From the IMG/VR virus record IMGVR_UViG_2875450446_000004: DNA of 64,000 bases; one strand, written 5' to 3'. The stretch is from an uncultured virus (IMG/VR IMGVR_UViG_2875450446_000004) (taxonomy: Duplodnaviria > Heunggongvirae > Uroviricota > Caudoviricetes). The notes beneath the pieces are model-generated. The model ran no database searches, was not told the DNA's origin, and saw only the letters and a list, made by a program, of their open reading frames with translations. This document shows, one piece after another, positions 48,691-57,490 of this stretch (the first letter of the stretch is position 1; each line of letters starts with the position of its first letter). The translations under genes and the position numbers were made by a program.

Positions 48691-49215
48691 TTAGACATAG
48701 GCGGCGACTCCTCTCGCTGTACGCGTCAGTTCGCGTCTTATTTCGTGCGATTCCGTCGGTAATTCGTCCATACGCATACGCACCGCATTAATTCGGGCCT
48801 GCAACGCCAATTTAGTCGATAATGACCGGGCGCGAGACAAACGGTCTTCTAAATATCCGATCTCTTCTTCGAGTTCATCGCGAAACTTATCGATCCTAGC
48901 CACCTCTTCCGTAATTTGTTGCGACATTTTCGTAATTTCTTCCGTAATGAAATTCGTCACTTTACGCCGAATACGATTGATGCAGCCTTTATTCGGTGGG
49001 ATCACGGTCTTAACAACGTCTGCATCTACCGCAAGCATGAACGTTGCTCCACGATGGGAATAAATCCGAGCATCTTCTCCATTGTCGTCCGGACCGATGC
49101 CGCAGTAAATCGCATTAGATAACATCTGAGACGCCCATGCTTCCGGCGTTTGCTTGCCGATCTTAAACCGTTGGGTAATTCGTTTCTTCGCGTGGTGGGA
49201 TAACGTCGCTTTCAT
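48691..49215 (-). CDS. Hypothetical protein
   Basis: LSHHAKKRITQRF N-terminus plus coiled coil; ATGA-coupled start at 49215. Confidence 0.6.
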   Translation of the reverse strand: MKATLSHHAKKRITQRFKIGKQTPEAWASQMLSNAIYCGIGPDDNGEDARIYSHRGATFMLAVDADVVKTVIPPNKGCINRIRRKVTNFITEEITKMSQQITEEVARIDKFRDELEEEIGYLEDRLSRARSLSTKLALQARINAVRMRMDELPTESHEIRRELTRTARGVAAYV

Positions 49216-49364
49216 CCGACCCTCACCGCCTGGATCGAAAGTGGACGGTAGTAGTCCGCCGGATCTTCGTCGGCTGGCCATGCGCCTTGATATAAAATTT
49301 CGGTTAGTTTGCGCGGATCTAGCGCAGGATACGTATTGGAATCGGTAATTTTGGGGATATTCAT
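49212..49364 (-). CDS. Hypothetical protein (50 aa, not in ORF track)
   Basis: GGAGG RBS; stop overlaps the next ATG. Confidence 0.6.
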   Translation of the reverse strand: MNIPKITDSNTYPALDPRKLTEILYQGAWPADEDPADYYRPLSIQAVRVG

Positions 49365-49500
49365 AGTACGTTCGCCTCCATATTATTTAGGTAAAACGCA
49401 CTAGATCGGAAGGTGTGTTCGCATTCTGTTCGCTTGTCTTTTGACAACAGATTGTATATGATGAGGGTGTAGCGATGCCTTCCGGGCTAGTTACGCTAAG

Positions 49501-50115
49501 TTATTTCGCAAACAAATAGTCTCGGTAATCACCGAACTGTTGAGTATCGAAGTAGCCTGCCAGCTTTTCGAGTTTGCGAATGACTGTCATGTGATGGACG
49601 CCTAACTTCTTACCGATTGCCGTCGGCGTTGGGCGTTCACACGCTAGGAACGTCTCAACAATTACTTTTGTTGTTTCGTCCGATTTTTCAACCAAATTGT
49701 CGATCAGTTGCCGCTGATCGGCTCTTTTTTTTCTGAAAAATAAATTCTCTGGTGTATCTTCTGCGACGACTCTCAGCGTTGCCGCGCCTTCATCGCCATT
49801 CGAAGATAACCCACACTCTAACACTTCATTCTGATGCCTTTTCTTTTTATTCCTATAAAGATTCGCTCGTTTATTTTTTAGACTGAACTTAAAATAGTTT
49901 TCGAAGTCATGTTCACCGGAATAAGAAGCAACACAATTCATAAGGACATCCTCGTATAATGCTAACACCTCCGGAACGCTAGCCCTCAACGATCGCGCCA
50001 CCTCTTCAAATGTCGATCGCATCGGAGTGATGGTTAGGTCATAAATCTCTGTGAAGGAATTATTACTTCTTGTCTTTTGATAATTCAATACCAGGCTATT
50101 CAGTTTTTCTTTCAA
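49501..50115 (-). CDS. Phage-encoded sigma-70-family (alternative) sigma factor
   Basis: Region-2-like segment (FTEIY...LMNCVASYSGEHDFENYFKFSLKNKRANLYR) and C-terminal HTH TPTAIGKKLGVHHMTVIRKL. Confidence 0.7.
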   Translation of the reverse strand: MKEKLNSLVLNYQKTRSNNSFTEIYDLTITPMRSTFEEVARSLRASVPEVLALYEDVLMNCVASYSGEHDFENYFKFSLKNKRANLYRNKKKRHQNEVLECGLSSNGDEGAATLRVVAEDTPENLFFRKKRADQRQLIDNLVEKSDETTKVIVETFLACERPTPTAIGKKLGVHHMTVIRKLEKLAGYFDTQQFGDYRDYLFAK

Positions 50116-50296
50116 AAACTTTCACCCTCCTTTTTTCACTTAATAATACCCGCGACATTTTAAAGCCGCACATAATTTCTTAATTTTTTTCTAAGTTTTT
50201 CTTCTGTAAAGAAATAATAACATGTAATTTGGATAATTCTTCTCTATCACACTATGTTTCCGAAAAATAATTTAATGTAATGAATATTCGCAAATA

Positions 50297-50321
50297 AAAG
50301 AAAATCCCGTCGAATGACGGG
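50297..50321 (-). terminator. Intrinsic terminator after the aimP-like gene
   Basis: CCCGTC-ATTC-GACGGG followed by ATTTTCTTTT. Confidence 0.7.
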
Positions 50322-50335
50322 CTAAAAAAGAAAAA

Positions 50336-50458
50336 TCAACCACCTGGGACTGGGTCTGCTAACTGTGTTGTATTATCTTCTGTCACATTATTAATTAACG
50401 AACTTCCCGCTAGCAGAACCACCGCTGTAAATAAAACTGCCAATAAAATCTTTTTCAA
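50336..50458 (-). CDS. aimP: AimP-like arbitrium pro-peptide (40 aa, not in ORF track); predicted mature peptide DPVPGG
   Basis: AAGGGAGAGG RBS, TTG start; MKKILLAVLFTAVVLLAGSSLINNVTEDNTTQLADPVPGG = signal peptide, linker, PGG-ending peptide; overlaps the aimR 3' end. Confidence 0.85.
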   Translation of the reverse strand: MKKILLAVLFTAVVLLAGSSLINNVTEDNTTQLADPVPGG

Positions 50459-51569
50459 AATATTCCTCTCCCTTGTAATTTAATTGGATGTCCTTTATAG
50501 GGGCAGCGACGAGAGGGTCTAATCCGGCATCGATCATATCACCCACAACGATGCTTGAAAACAGGAAGTTGAATTCTTGTGTGAATGTACTATACGCGCA
50601 GGCCAGATCTGATAAGGTCCCATCCTTGATCAATTGGAAGTACCGCAGAAATAGATTTTTTTCGCCTAGTATCATGTCTTTCGGTGTTGGTAAATTTTGA
50701 GGAATCTCCCCTTTCTCTTTATACGAATAAAATCCCTCGACTAACTTCAATGTGTTTTTTGCTTCCGCAGCAATCCTCAAATCGTTTGTCTTTTTTGCCT
50801 CATCAGCGCTCATCCTTATATAGCGAAGACACTCTTTCTTATCTTCCTCTATAAAAGAAACACCCATGTAATAATACCCGTCAGATTTCGTTTTCGCACT
50901 TAAATTCGAAGAAAAAAGAAATTCTGCATGACGTCGCGCTTTTGAAAGATCTTTAAGATATAAATAAGCAGGCGCAAATACTTCGGAGAGTCTGATAAGA
51001 TAACACTCTTTAAAAAACGTTTTCCTTGCGTCACTTAATTCGTATATCTCTTTTTCGATATCGGAAGCTTTTTCAACGATTGTTGCATATTTATTTTCAA
51101 AATAAAGACAGTAGCAAGAAAAGATATCTTTCAAAACCTTTAATTCTTTATCCTTTCCGCATTTTAAAGTGTTCACATAATTCCTCAACTCTTGTGGTCT
51201 GAATTCCCCTAACATGTAGTTATATATTACCTGATAAAATTGTGTATAATTGATTAGGTTGGAATCCATTCTATGCGCTTTCAGCAATTTTTCTAACAAA
51301 GGAATATCACGCTTTATTGCCGCATACTCAAAAGCATGTTTAATAGCCTCAGTTGTAGTTAGTTTCAAACACCATTCTTGCATTAATTCATGATACTTCG
51401 CTTTATAGAAAAATTGTGACAATTTTAATAATGTTCGAAATCCGATTTTCCCAGTTCTTTTGAAATTGTAAAGCTGATTCACATGAATATTTAATTTACT
51501 TGCAGCTGAATCAAAATCCAAAAACAAATCGTCGAAACAGTTTAAAACATCTTGCTGAAGTGCGCCCAA
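50391..51569 (-). CDS. aimR: AimR-family peptide receptor (HTH plus TPR, RRNPP family)
   Basis: 392 aa, N-terminal HTH, AFEYA, FFKECY..RL, L.KARRHA, helical TPR-like body; followed by a secreted peptide gene. Confidence 0.85.
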   Translation of the reverse strand: MGALQQDVLNCFDDLFLDFDSAASKLNIHVNQLYNFKRTGKIGFRTLLKLSQFFYKAKYHELMQEWCLKLTTTEAIKHAFEYAAIKRDIPLLEKLLKAHRMDSNLINYTQFYQVIYNYMLGEFRPQELRNYVNTLKCGKDKELKVLKDIFSCYCLYFENKYATIVEKASDIEKEIYELSDARKTFFKECYLIRLSEVFAPAYLYLKDLSKARRHAEFLFSSNLSAKTKSDGYYYMGVSFIEEDKKECLRYIRMSADEAKKTNDLRIAAEAKNTLKLVEGFYSYKEKGEIPQNLPTPKDMILGEKNLFLRYFQLIKDGTLSDLACAYSTFTQEFNFLFSSIVVGDMIDAGLDPLVAAPIKDIQLNYKGEEYFEKDFIGSFIYSGGSASGKFVN

Positions 51570-51592
51570 ATTTAACCCCCCTCTATTTTTAA

Positions 51593-51645
51593 TTGCGCTC
51601 GTTTATATTTCTAAGTATAATACATATGTGTACTTTTGTACACAT
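51593..51645. promoter_or_regulatory. Control region between aimR and XRE genes with a perfect palindromic operator
   Basis: Plus TTGCGC-N17-TATAAT (51593-51621); ATGTGTAC-TTTT-GTACACAT at 51626-51645. Confidence 0.65.
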
Positions 51646-51677
51646 TATTATTCAAAAAATTTGGAAGGAAGATAATT

Positions 51678-51875
51678 ATGATTGATTATTCTCCATTATT
51701 TAAATGTCTTAATGAAAAAGAAATAGCTTTGAGTCATTTCCGTGAAAAAGGACTAAATTCTAAAACGCAGGCTCGTATAAATAAGGGACAAGCTGTAAGT
51801 CTCTCGACAATTGAGTTTTTGTGCAAGGAATTAGACGTTCCGATCGAATGTGTCGTTAGGATCATAAGGGACTAG
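51678..51875 (+). CDS. Cro/C1-type HTH regulator
   Basis: MIDYSPLFKCL...VSLSTIEFLCKELDVPIECVV; GGAAGGA RBS. Confidence 0.8.
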   Translation: MIDYSPLFKCLNEKEIALSHFREKGLNSKTQARINKGQAVSLSTIEFLCKELDVPIECVVRIIRD

Positions 51876-51936
51876 CTAACCTAGCGAGATATTATCGTCT
51901 AGTGTAAAATAGTACGGACACCTTTAATGATGGGAG

Positions 51937-52176
51937 GTGTTTGTTACGTTTAAGGTCGGCAAATGCCGGATACCCGAACTTTGCCATAAACGCGGTATTG
52001 ATCAGACTCAACTCGCAGCTAAAGTCGGTTTAACAAAACAGCACATAACGGACTACGTAAGCCTCCGCAACATTCCAAGCATCGAGCGAGCTTATAATAT
52101 CGCTCATGTACTTGGTTGTGTTCCTGAAGATCTTTACGAATGGTCCGAGGTATCCGGCAATAACACGGAGGGTTAA
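51937..52176 (+). CDS. XRE-family HTH regulator (candidate repressor)
   Basis: RGIDQTQLAAKVGLTKQHITDY...PSIERAYNIAHVLG; GGGAGG RBS. Confidence 0.8.
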   Translation: MFVTFKVGKCRIPELCHKRGIDQTQLAAKVGLTKQHITDYVSLRNIPSIERAYNIAHVLGCVPEDLYEWSEVSGNNTEG

Positions 52177-53192
52177 TATAACCTCCGCCGACCTTTAGTA
52201 CGGGTATTCCCGTACTGTAAACTCACCCGCCACTTCTTAACGTCATCCGCACGCTCATACACCGCCTTCAACTCCGCTCTCCCCTTCGCAAGTAAAAATT
52301 CATTCGCATCCTTCCCTTCCGTAATATATCCGTGTGCCAGTCCGACTCTCCCGTATAAATAACGCTCGACCTCCGCCCGCAGCTTCTCGCCGGCCTTATC
52401 GTTATCCGTCACGATAGTTACGTGTTCAATCGGAGACTGGACGATAATATCCGCTTTGCGTTGGTTGAACGAAGATCCTCCGGTCCCGATCGCCGGCACT
52501 CCCGCCGTCATCCACGATTGCGCATCGATCTCCGCCTCGCATAAGACAACGCGGTTCAGCCGCCGGTCATACACGACATTCATTCCGTAAACAAGGTCCC
52601 GTATCGGCCATCCGCCTTTGACGTACCAGAACGCCTTGCCCCGGGTTGACCGATACTTTACGTTGGCGAGCCGGCCGTTAGGCAGCCGCCAGGGCAACGC
52701 AACCGCACCGCCAACCATTCCTACACCCATTAGACGCTGGACCGCCGGCATGATTCCGCGCTTGTTTAAATAATAGTTAGGCCCCGCAACCACGCCGCCG
52801 AGAATCGATTCGCTTAGAGGTTCGCGATTCTTTGCGATCTTCAGCTTCGGCAGCCTGAGCGTTAATTTACCGTCATCTGATTCCGGCGCATACGCATCGA
52901 TCAGGTATTCGATCGTCTCCTCTTCGGTTTCTTCGCGCAAGAACGCCAGCAACTTAACGAAGCCACCCCGTGCATACTCTGCGTCATAATAGCCGCTATC
53001 GCCCCAATAGCCGGCCTTTGCGGATGTCGTATCGTCAAGATATACGTAAAAACTTGGCGTCCGGTCATATCGGAAAGGGCTTGCGGCCAGGAGTCGCTCA
53101 TCCGTCCAAGTCGGCCGCGTCCATTCGAATTGTTCGAGTTCATATCGTATGTCAACGTCGACCTGACGGCCATTTAACGTTAAAATCGGCAC
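52173..53192 (-). CDS. Toprim-domain DNA primase
   Basis: LCEAEIDA, TDNDKAG, KDANE. Confidence 0.9.
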   Translation of the reverse strand: MPILTLNGRQVDVDIRYELEQFEWTRPTWTDERLLAASPFRYDRTPSFYVYLDDTTSAKAGYWGDSGYYDAEYARGGFVKLLAFLREETEEETIEYLIDAYAPESDDGKLTLRLPKLKIAKNREPLSESILGGVVAGPNYYLNKRGIMPAVQRLMGVGMVGGAVALPWRLPNGRLANVKYRSTRGKAFWYVKGGWPIRDLVYGMNVVYDRRLNRVVLCEAEIDAQSWMTAGVPAIGTGGSSFNQRKADIIVQSPIEHVTIVTDNDKAGEKLRAEVERYLYGRVGLAHGYITEGKDANEFLLAKGRAELKAVYERADDVKKWRVSLQYGNTRTKGRRRLY

Positions 53193-53327
53193 TTTCGTAT
53201 CACTCCTTTCGTCCTAATTAGGCCGGATTGTTCTATATATTACGCCCTGATTTCGAAAAATTCCATCGTATTTTGTCGAAAGAATCGCGGTAAATGTTGA
53301 CAATGTTATCCGTTATATTCCAACTCC

Positions 53328-54713
53328 TTAAAAGTCGAACTGATCCGCTGACCCTTCGGCTCCTCCTAGTTGTTTGATGACGCCAAACTGCGGCAGATAA
53401 ACGATCTCAGCGCTCTTCCCTTCGCCACCATCCCGGCCTTTGTTCAGACCGATCAGACCTCGACCTTCCTCTGCGTTCGTATCCACCGCAATCAATAGCG
53501 CAGCATCTTCGAGTAGGGCCTTCGTTTTCTTGACGTCTTTACGCTGCGGCAACTTTAATTCGGAGTCAGCATCTTTCCCTTCGCCTTCTTCCGCTTGCGT
53601 CAACGCAAAGACAGTCGTTTTTGTTTGGCCGGCCAGACGGCGGAGTTTCTTCGAAGTCTCGGCCGCGTCTCCACCCGCAGTCTTTGACGTGTTCTTTTCG
53701 TAATCTAAATAGTAAAACGGATCAATTAGCACGACGTCAGCTTTCGTTTCGAGTATATCCGCCTTCAGATCGCGGAGTTTCCGGGAGTCGAAGTCCTCGT
53801 CGTCCACCGCGCGGACAATGATATTACCCGGGATCAATTCGTTCATCTTATCGAGGAACTCCATAAAGCCGGCTTCGAATTCGTCGGATAGCTTGCCTTG
53901 GCGAACATCTCGTGAGTTAAAGCCGCCTGGTCCTGCGTAATCGATTCCGAGTTCCATATCGACATCTTCTAACGGATTGTTGTCGATCCCAAACTCTCCC
54001 GAAATGGAAACGTAAAGCCGGACGAGAACCTCGTACCATCCCATCTCCATCGACCAAATCAGAACGTTCGCTCCCTGCATCGCACAACTAATCGCTTCCT
54101 CCAACGCTATGGCCGATTTACCCCGGCCAGATTTCCCATAAATGACGTATACGTTCGATGAAACATAGCCGCCCATCGCCCGGTTTATGAAGTCGAATTT
54201 GCTGCGCCAGATCCGGAAAGACTCGCCAGCCTTGCGGTTTTCGTATTCGGCTTTGAATTTGTCGATATCTTTTTTGATGTCGGTACCAACCGAACTACGA
54301 ACGTTTGTTCTAATTTTAAATCTTTCGGCTTGCTCCGTCAACCAAGAAAAAAATTCTTCCGGATTGTCTTGCGCACTCTCCCATCGTTTTATAAATTCGG
54401 ATTCTTCTCCGTCTCCTCTACCGTTAACAATTTCGGAAAAATCCCGCAAGGACGCGTAATTTTTCAATTTCTCCGCGATAAACTCGTAACTAGCTTCGAT
54501 ACCAAAATTCGGCTCGAAATCCGGTACCTCGTGCGTTACCATCTCGGCCGTCGGCGCCTGGCCTCCGTGTTTCTCCGCATATTCCGTGATGTATCGGAGT
54601 GCTTTTCGTTCGCCTTCCGTTGGTAAGTCCTCGGCGGTAATGTTAAAGCGCAGCAACGCGTTCGGATCGTTCTGTTCGATTACTTTCGACAGCATTAAGA
54701 CTCCGTAGTTCAT
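53328..54713 (-). CDS. DnaB-like replicative helicase
   Basis: GKSGRGKS, SMEM, LIDPFY, ALTQ, KGRDG. Confidence 0.92.
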   Translation of the reverse strand: MNYGVLMLSKVIEQNDPNALLRFNITAEDLPTEGERKALRYITEYAEKHGGQAPTAEMVTHEVPDFEPNFGIEASYEFIAEKLKNYASLRDFSEIVNGRGDGEESEFIKRWESAQDNPEEFFSWLTEQAERFKIRTNVRSSVGTDIKKDIDKFKAEYENRKAGESFRIWRSKFDFINRAMGGYVSSNVYVIYGKSGRGKSAIALEEAISCAMQGANVLIWSMEMGWYEVLVRLYVSISGEFGIDNNPLEDVDMELGIDYAGPGGFNSRDVRQGKLSDEFEAGFMEFLDKMNELIPGNIIVRAVDDEDFDSRKLRDLKADILETKADVVLIDPFYYLDYEKNTSKTAGGDAAETSKKLRRLAGQTKTTVFALTQAEEGEGKDADSELKLPQRKDVKKTKALLEDAALLIAVDTNAEEGRGLIGLNKGRDGGEGKSAEIVYLPQFGVIKQLGGAEGSADQFDF

Positions 54714-54913
54714 CCGCGATCCCTCCTCTTCTTCTCGATATAAATGACTCTCACGCCTCTTTTCCGCTGTTCTGCGATTTCGATACTTATACGGAAGTAG
54801 TCGGCTGCCTCACCGAACATACCCGAAATGTAATCCGCAGCAACACCGATGTAGTAGAACGCCCAATCCAGCGCAGCAAACGTCCACTTTAACGGATAGA
54901 GTAGGCGGTACAT
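54710..54913 (-). CDS. Hypothetical protein
   Basis: GGAGG RBS; coupled to neighbours. Confidence 0.55.
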   Translation of the reverse strand: MYRLLYPLKWTFAALDWAFYYIGVAADYISGMFGEAADYFRISIEIAEQRKRGVRVIYIEKKRRDRG

Positions 54914-55245
54914 TATTCCGACGCCTCCAACTCATAGAGCCGCTGAAAAGATTGGATAACGCGTGCTCCTGACTCATAAAGTTCGACGGCGGGTGCGTCA
55001 AGTTTGAACGCGGGCTTATCGTCAATCAAAATAACCTTATTTCCGTTTTCATCTACCTTAATCTGACCGCGTTCCTTAGCTTCATCAAATGTTAAGCCGA
55101 AATGATCAAACGCCCTTTGAAATTCCGAATACATCCATCCTTGAACTTTTTTAGAAAATTCATCAAATAGTGCGCCATCACTCTTTCTCTCATTTTCAAT
55201 ATCCTTGAAATACTGTTTAAGTCTCGGACTTAGTCTATAAGTCAC
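54913..55245 (-). CDS. Hypothetical protein
   Basis: Operon context, GGAGG RBS. Confidence 0.55.
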   Translation of the reverse strand: MTYRLSPRLKQYFKDIENERKSDGALFDEFSKKVQGWMYSEFQRAFDHFGLTFDEAKERGQIKVDENGNKVILIDDKPAFKLDAPAVELYESGARVIQSFQRLYELEASE

Positions 55246-55740
55246 TACCGCTCGACCTCCCGCTTTAATTTCGCCTTCGCCTCGTCCTGCTTCGCCTTGT
55301 ATTCCTCGTCGCCGTACATCGCTTCCAAACGCTTGTAATCGTTATATTCATCGAGCAGCTCATCGATTTTCTTCGTCTTGTCTTTCGCCATTTCACTCCC
55401 CGCCTTTTCTAGTCCTTCGCTAAGCTTAGCTATGGTATCGGCACTCGGTAATTCCGGAAGAAATTCCGCAAAGTGAAACGCCGTTCCCTCTGGCTTCGGA
55501 TAGTTTTCGTAATCAACTCCGTCAAGATATTCGTCAACAAACTGACTGCGGCAGACTAGACGGATATCGTTCGCATCAGCGAGAATCCATTCGCCGTGTA
55601 TTGCGTCTGTCAGATCGAACTCAACGTAAGTAGAGACGCCGGTATCATCCGTCAATGTCCCGACGCGCATCCACGAAGAAAATGCGGTCAGGGTAGCCGT
55701 CTACTGCGACTAGGTCTCCGAAAGCGATGTCCGTTTTCAT
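55245..55740 (-). pseudogene. Frameshifted hypothetical gene
   Basis: ATGA-coupled start at 55740 (MKTDIAFGDLVAVDGYPDRIFFV) stops after 31 codons; the rest continues in another frame to KIDELLDEYNDY. Confidence 0.55.
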
Positions 55741-56519
55741 CTCCGCAGCCCCCTTTTCGATTCGCCTTCGAATTCATGCATTATACATAAGTCGCGAATT
55801 CTATCGTAAATACGGTGCTCGCCGAACACGCTCGGCAAACGTTCAATCGAAATGTTGCTCGTATAAATTGTCGGAAGTTGATTCGTCACTCTCGCGTTAA
55901 TTATGCCGTGTAAATCACCGCGAAATCCGTCCGTAACGTTCCGTACACCAATGTCGTCCAGAACCGCAAAGGGCGCCGTCTTAGCCGCTTCTAGCGCGCG
56001 GTAGTAACGGGTGGCCGCGTGCTCTGCGACCGAGTCCGGAACACGCGGCCGATTGAATTCGTTATAATCGTCTTGCCATTCGTTCACATCGAGGAAATAG
56101 GCCGGGCGCAGTGACGGCGTTAAACCTCTCCGCAAAGATCCGCTGTAATGAACGCGCAGCCATTCGTTAAGGATTGCCGCCGCTGTCGTCGTCTTTCCGG
56201 TGCCGGAGTTCGCGCTGTAGAGATACAACGACTTGATCCGGTCAGCCGGTTCGATATAGCCTTCCGTTTGCTCGAATTGGCGTTCGAACGTCTTGACGTA
56301 GTTTTCAACCGATTTATATACCGCAGGCTGATCCGCTCTGGCCGGCGAGTTGGCGAGCGTTGTCAGTCGATATTCTCGCGGTAATCCTGCCGCCGCAGAT
56401 CGACCGCCGGTGCCCGATGCGCCGTGTAGTGCGATGAAGTGCGAGCATTGGCGGGTACAGGCGGACGTGCCGGCCGCTTTGCATCCGTTAGCCAGGACGC
56501 AGTTTCTTTCGTTAGTCAA
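55737..56519 (-). CDS. DnaC/IstB-like helicase loader ATPase
   Basis: N-terminal Cys cluster, SGTGKTT, VLDDIG, IYTSN, RIYDRI. Confidence 0.88.
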   Translation of the reverse strand: MTNERNCVLANGCKAAGTSACTRQCSHFIALHGASGTGGRSAAAGLPREYRLTTLANSPARADQPAVYKSVENYVKTFERQFEQTEGYIEPADRIKSLYLYSANSGTGKTTTAAAILNEWLRVHYSGSLRRGLTPSLRPAYFLDVNEWQDDYNEFNRPRVPDSVAEHAATRYYRALEAAKTAPFAVLDDIGVRNVTDGFRGDLHGIINARVTNQLPTIYTSNISIERLPSVFGEHRIYDRIRDLCIMHEFEGESKRGLRR

Positions 56520-56537
56520 TGGCGTTCACTCCTTTCG

Positions 56538-56690
56538 TTAGTTCTTGTGGATAGTAAACTCCGCTTTAACTTCGTGGTCCCATGGGTTGACTACAAATTT
56601 TCCGTTAGTTACCGTATACCCTTTCCGCTGAAGCCACTGCATCATAGCTTCGACGATTTCCGCCTGACTCATCGTATACTTTAAAGCCAT
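56538..56690 (-). CDS. Hypothetical protein (50 aa)
   Basis: GGAGG RBS before ATG at 56690. Confidence 0.5.
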   Translation of the reverse strand: MALKYTMSQAEIVEAMMQWLQRKGYTVTNGKFVVNPWDHEVKAEFTIHKN

Positions 56691-56706
56691 ACCGCAATAC
56701 CTCCGT

Positions 56707-57090
56707 TTAATAAAAGTCGTCGCCGATTTCCGCCTGCTGCTCCCGCCTTTGTTGCGCCGCTTCTTCGTCCCTGATTTCCGCCACTGCCCGCTGCAAATTC
56801 CGCCCCATATACGTCTGCATAAATCCGAAGCTGATGCCCGGCCATTCTGCCGTCGGCCGGTATTCCGCAAAGCACAGATCTATGAAGCGCTTCGTTACTT
56901 CCGGGCCGTATTCGCCTGGTTTCCGCTTCGTTCCGACCCAGCGCCCGAGCATTCCCGCTTCGGCCTTCCATGGTTCGCGAGTAGGCATCGGAACGTAAGG
57001 GACACCGTACAGCCGCTCATGCTCCGCTTTTAAGTACGATTGAAAGTCGCGCACATTCCACTTGGATACCGATTTATCTATCGTCGGCAT
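56707..57090 (-). CDS. Hypothetical protein upstream of helicase loader
   Basis: Start MPTIDKS; position next to dnaC-like gene. Confidence 0.6.
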   Translation of the reverse strand: MPTIDKSVSKWNVRDFQSYLKAEHERLYGVPYVPMPTREPWKAEAGMLGRWVGTKRKPGEYGPEVTKRFIDLCFAEYRPTAEWPGISFGFMQTYMGRNLQRAVAEIRDEEAAQQRREQQAEIGDDFY

Positions 57091-57490
57091 TTTCGTCACC
57101 CATTTCGTTAAGAATCGCATAATAATCGTATTCTTGCGCATAGGCTTCGTAGAGATCGATTTTACGCCGCAAGTCCGAAATTTCCTCCGCCATGTGATCC
57201 TTTTCCGCTAACAACGATTCAACAATTGGTCGGTCGGCAATCGGACACATTCTCGCTATATCCGACGCAAGCTCCGCAATGTGATCGAGTAAAGCCGGAA
57301 TGTCTTGGCGAGCGCTTGCGATGAATTCTGCGTCTTCTTTCGTCGCGGCGGCCGCAACTCCGTCCCAATGTGTTTTTACCCAATAGCGAAGATTTTCGTT
57401 TCCTGGCCACTCACAATCATCTGCGGCCCAATAGCTCTCTGTTGCCGCTTCCGCACGCTGACGGATCGCTTCGAGTTCGTCTTTCGTCAT
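57074..57490 (-). CDS. Ead/Ea22-like phage protein
   Basis: ELEAIRQRAEAAT...DAEFIASARQDIPALL motif. Confidence 0.65.
   Translation of the reverse strand: MTKDELEAIRQRAEAATESYWAADDCEWPGNENLRYWVKTHWDGVAAAATKEDAEFIASARQDIPALLDHIAELASDIARMCPIADRPIVESLLAEKDHMAEEISDLRRKIDLYEAYAQEYDYYAILNEMGDENADDR

Noticed and set aside
49408..49432. LexA box downstream of the sigma gene
   Set aside because: Only half-sites (GAAG-N4-GTTC mismatch); too weak to call
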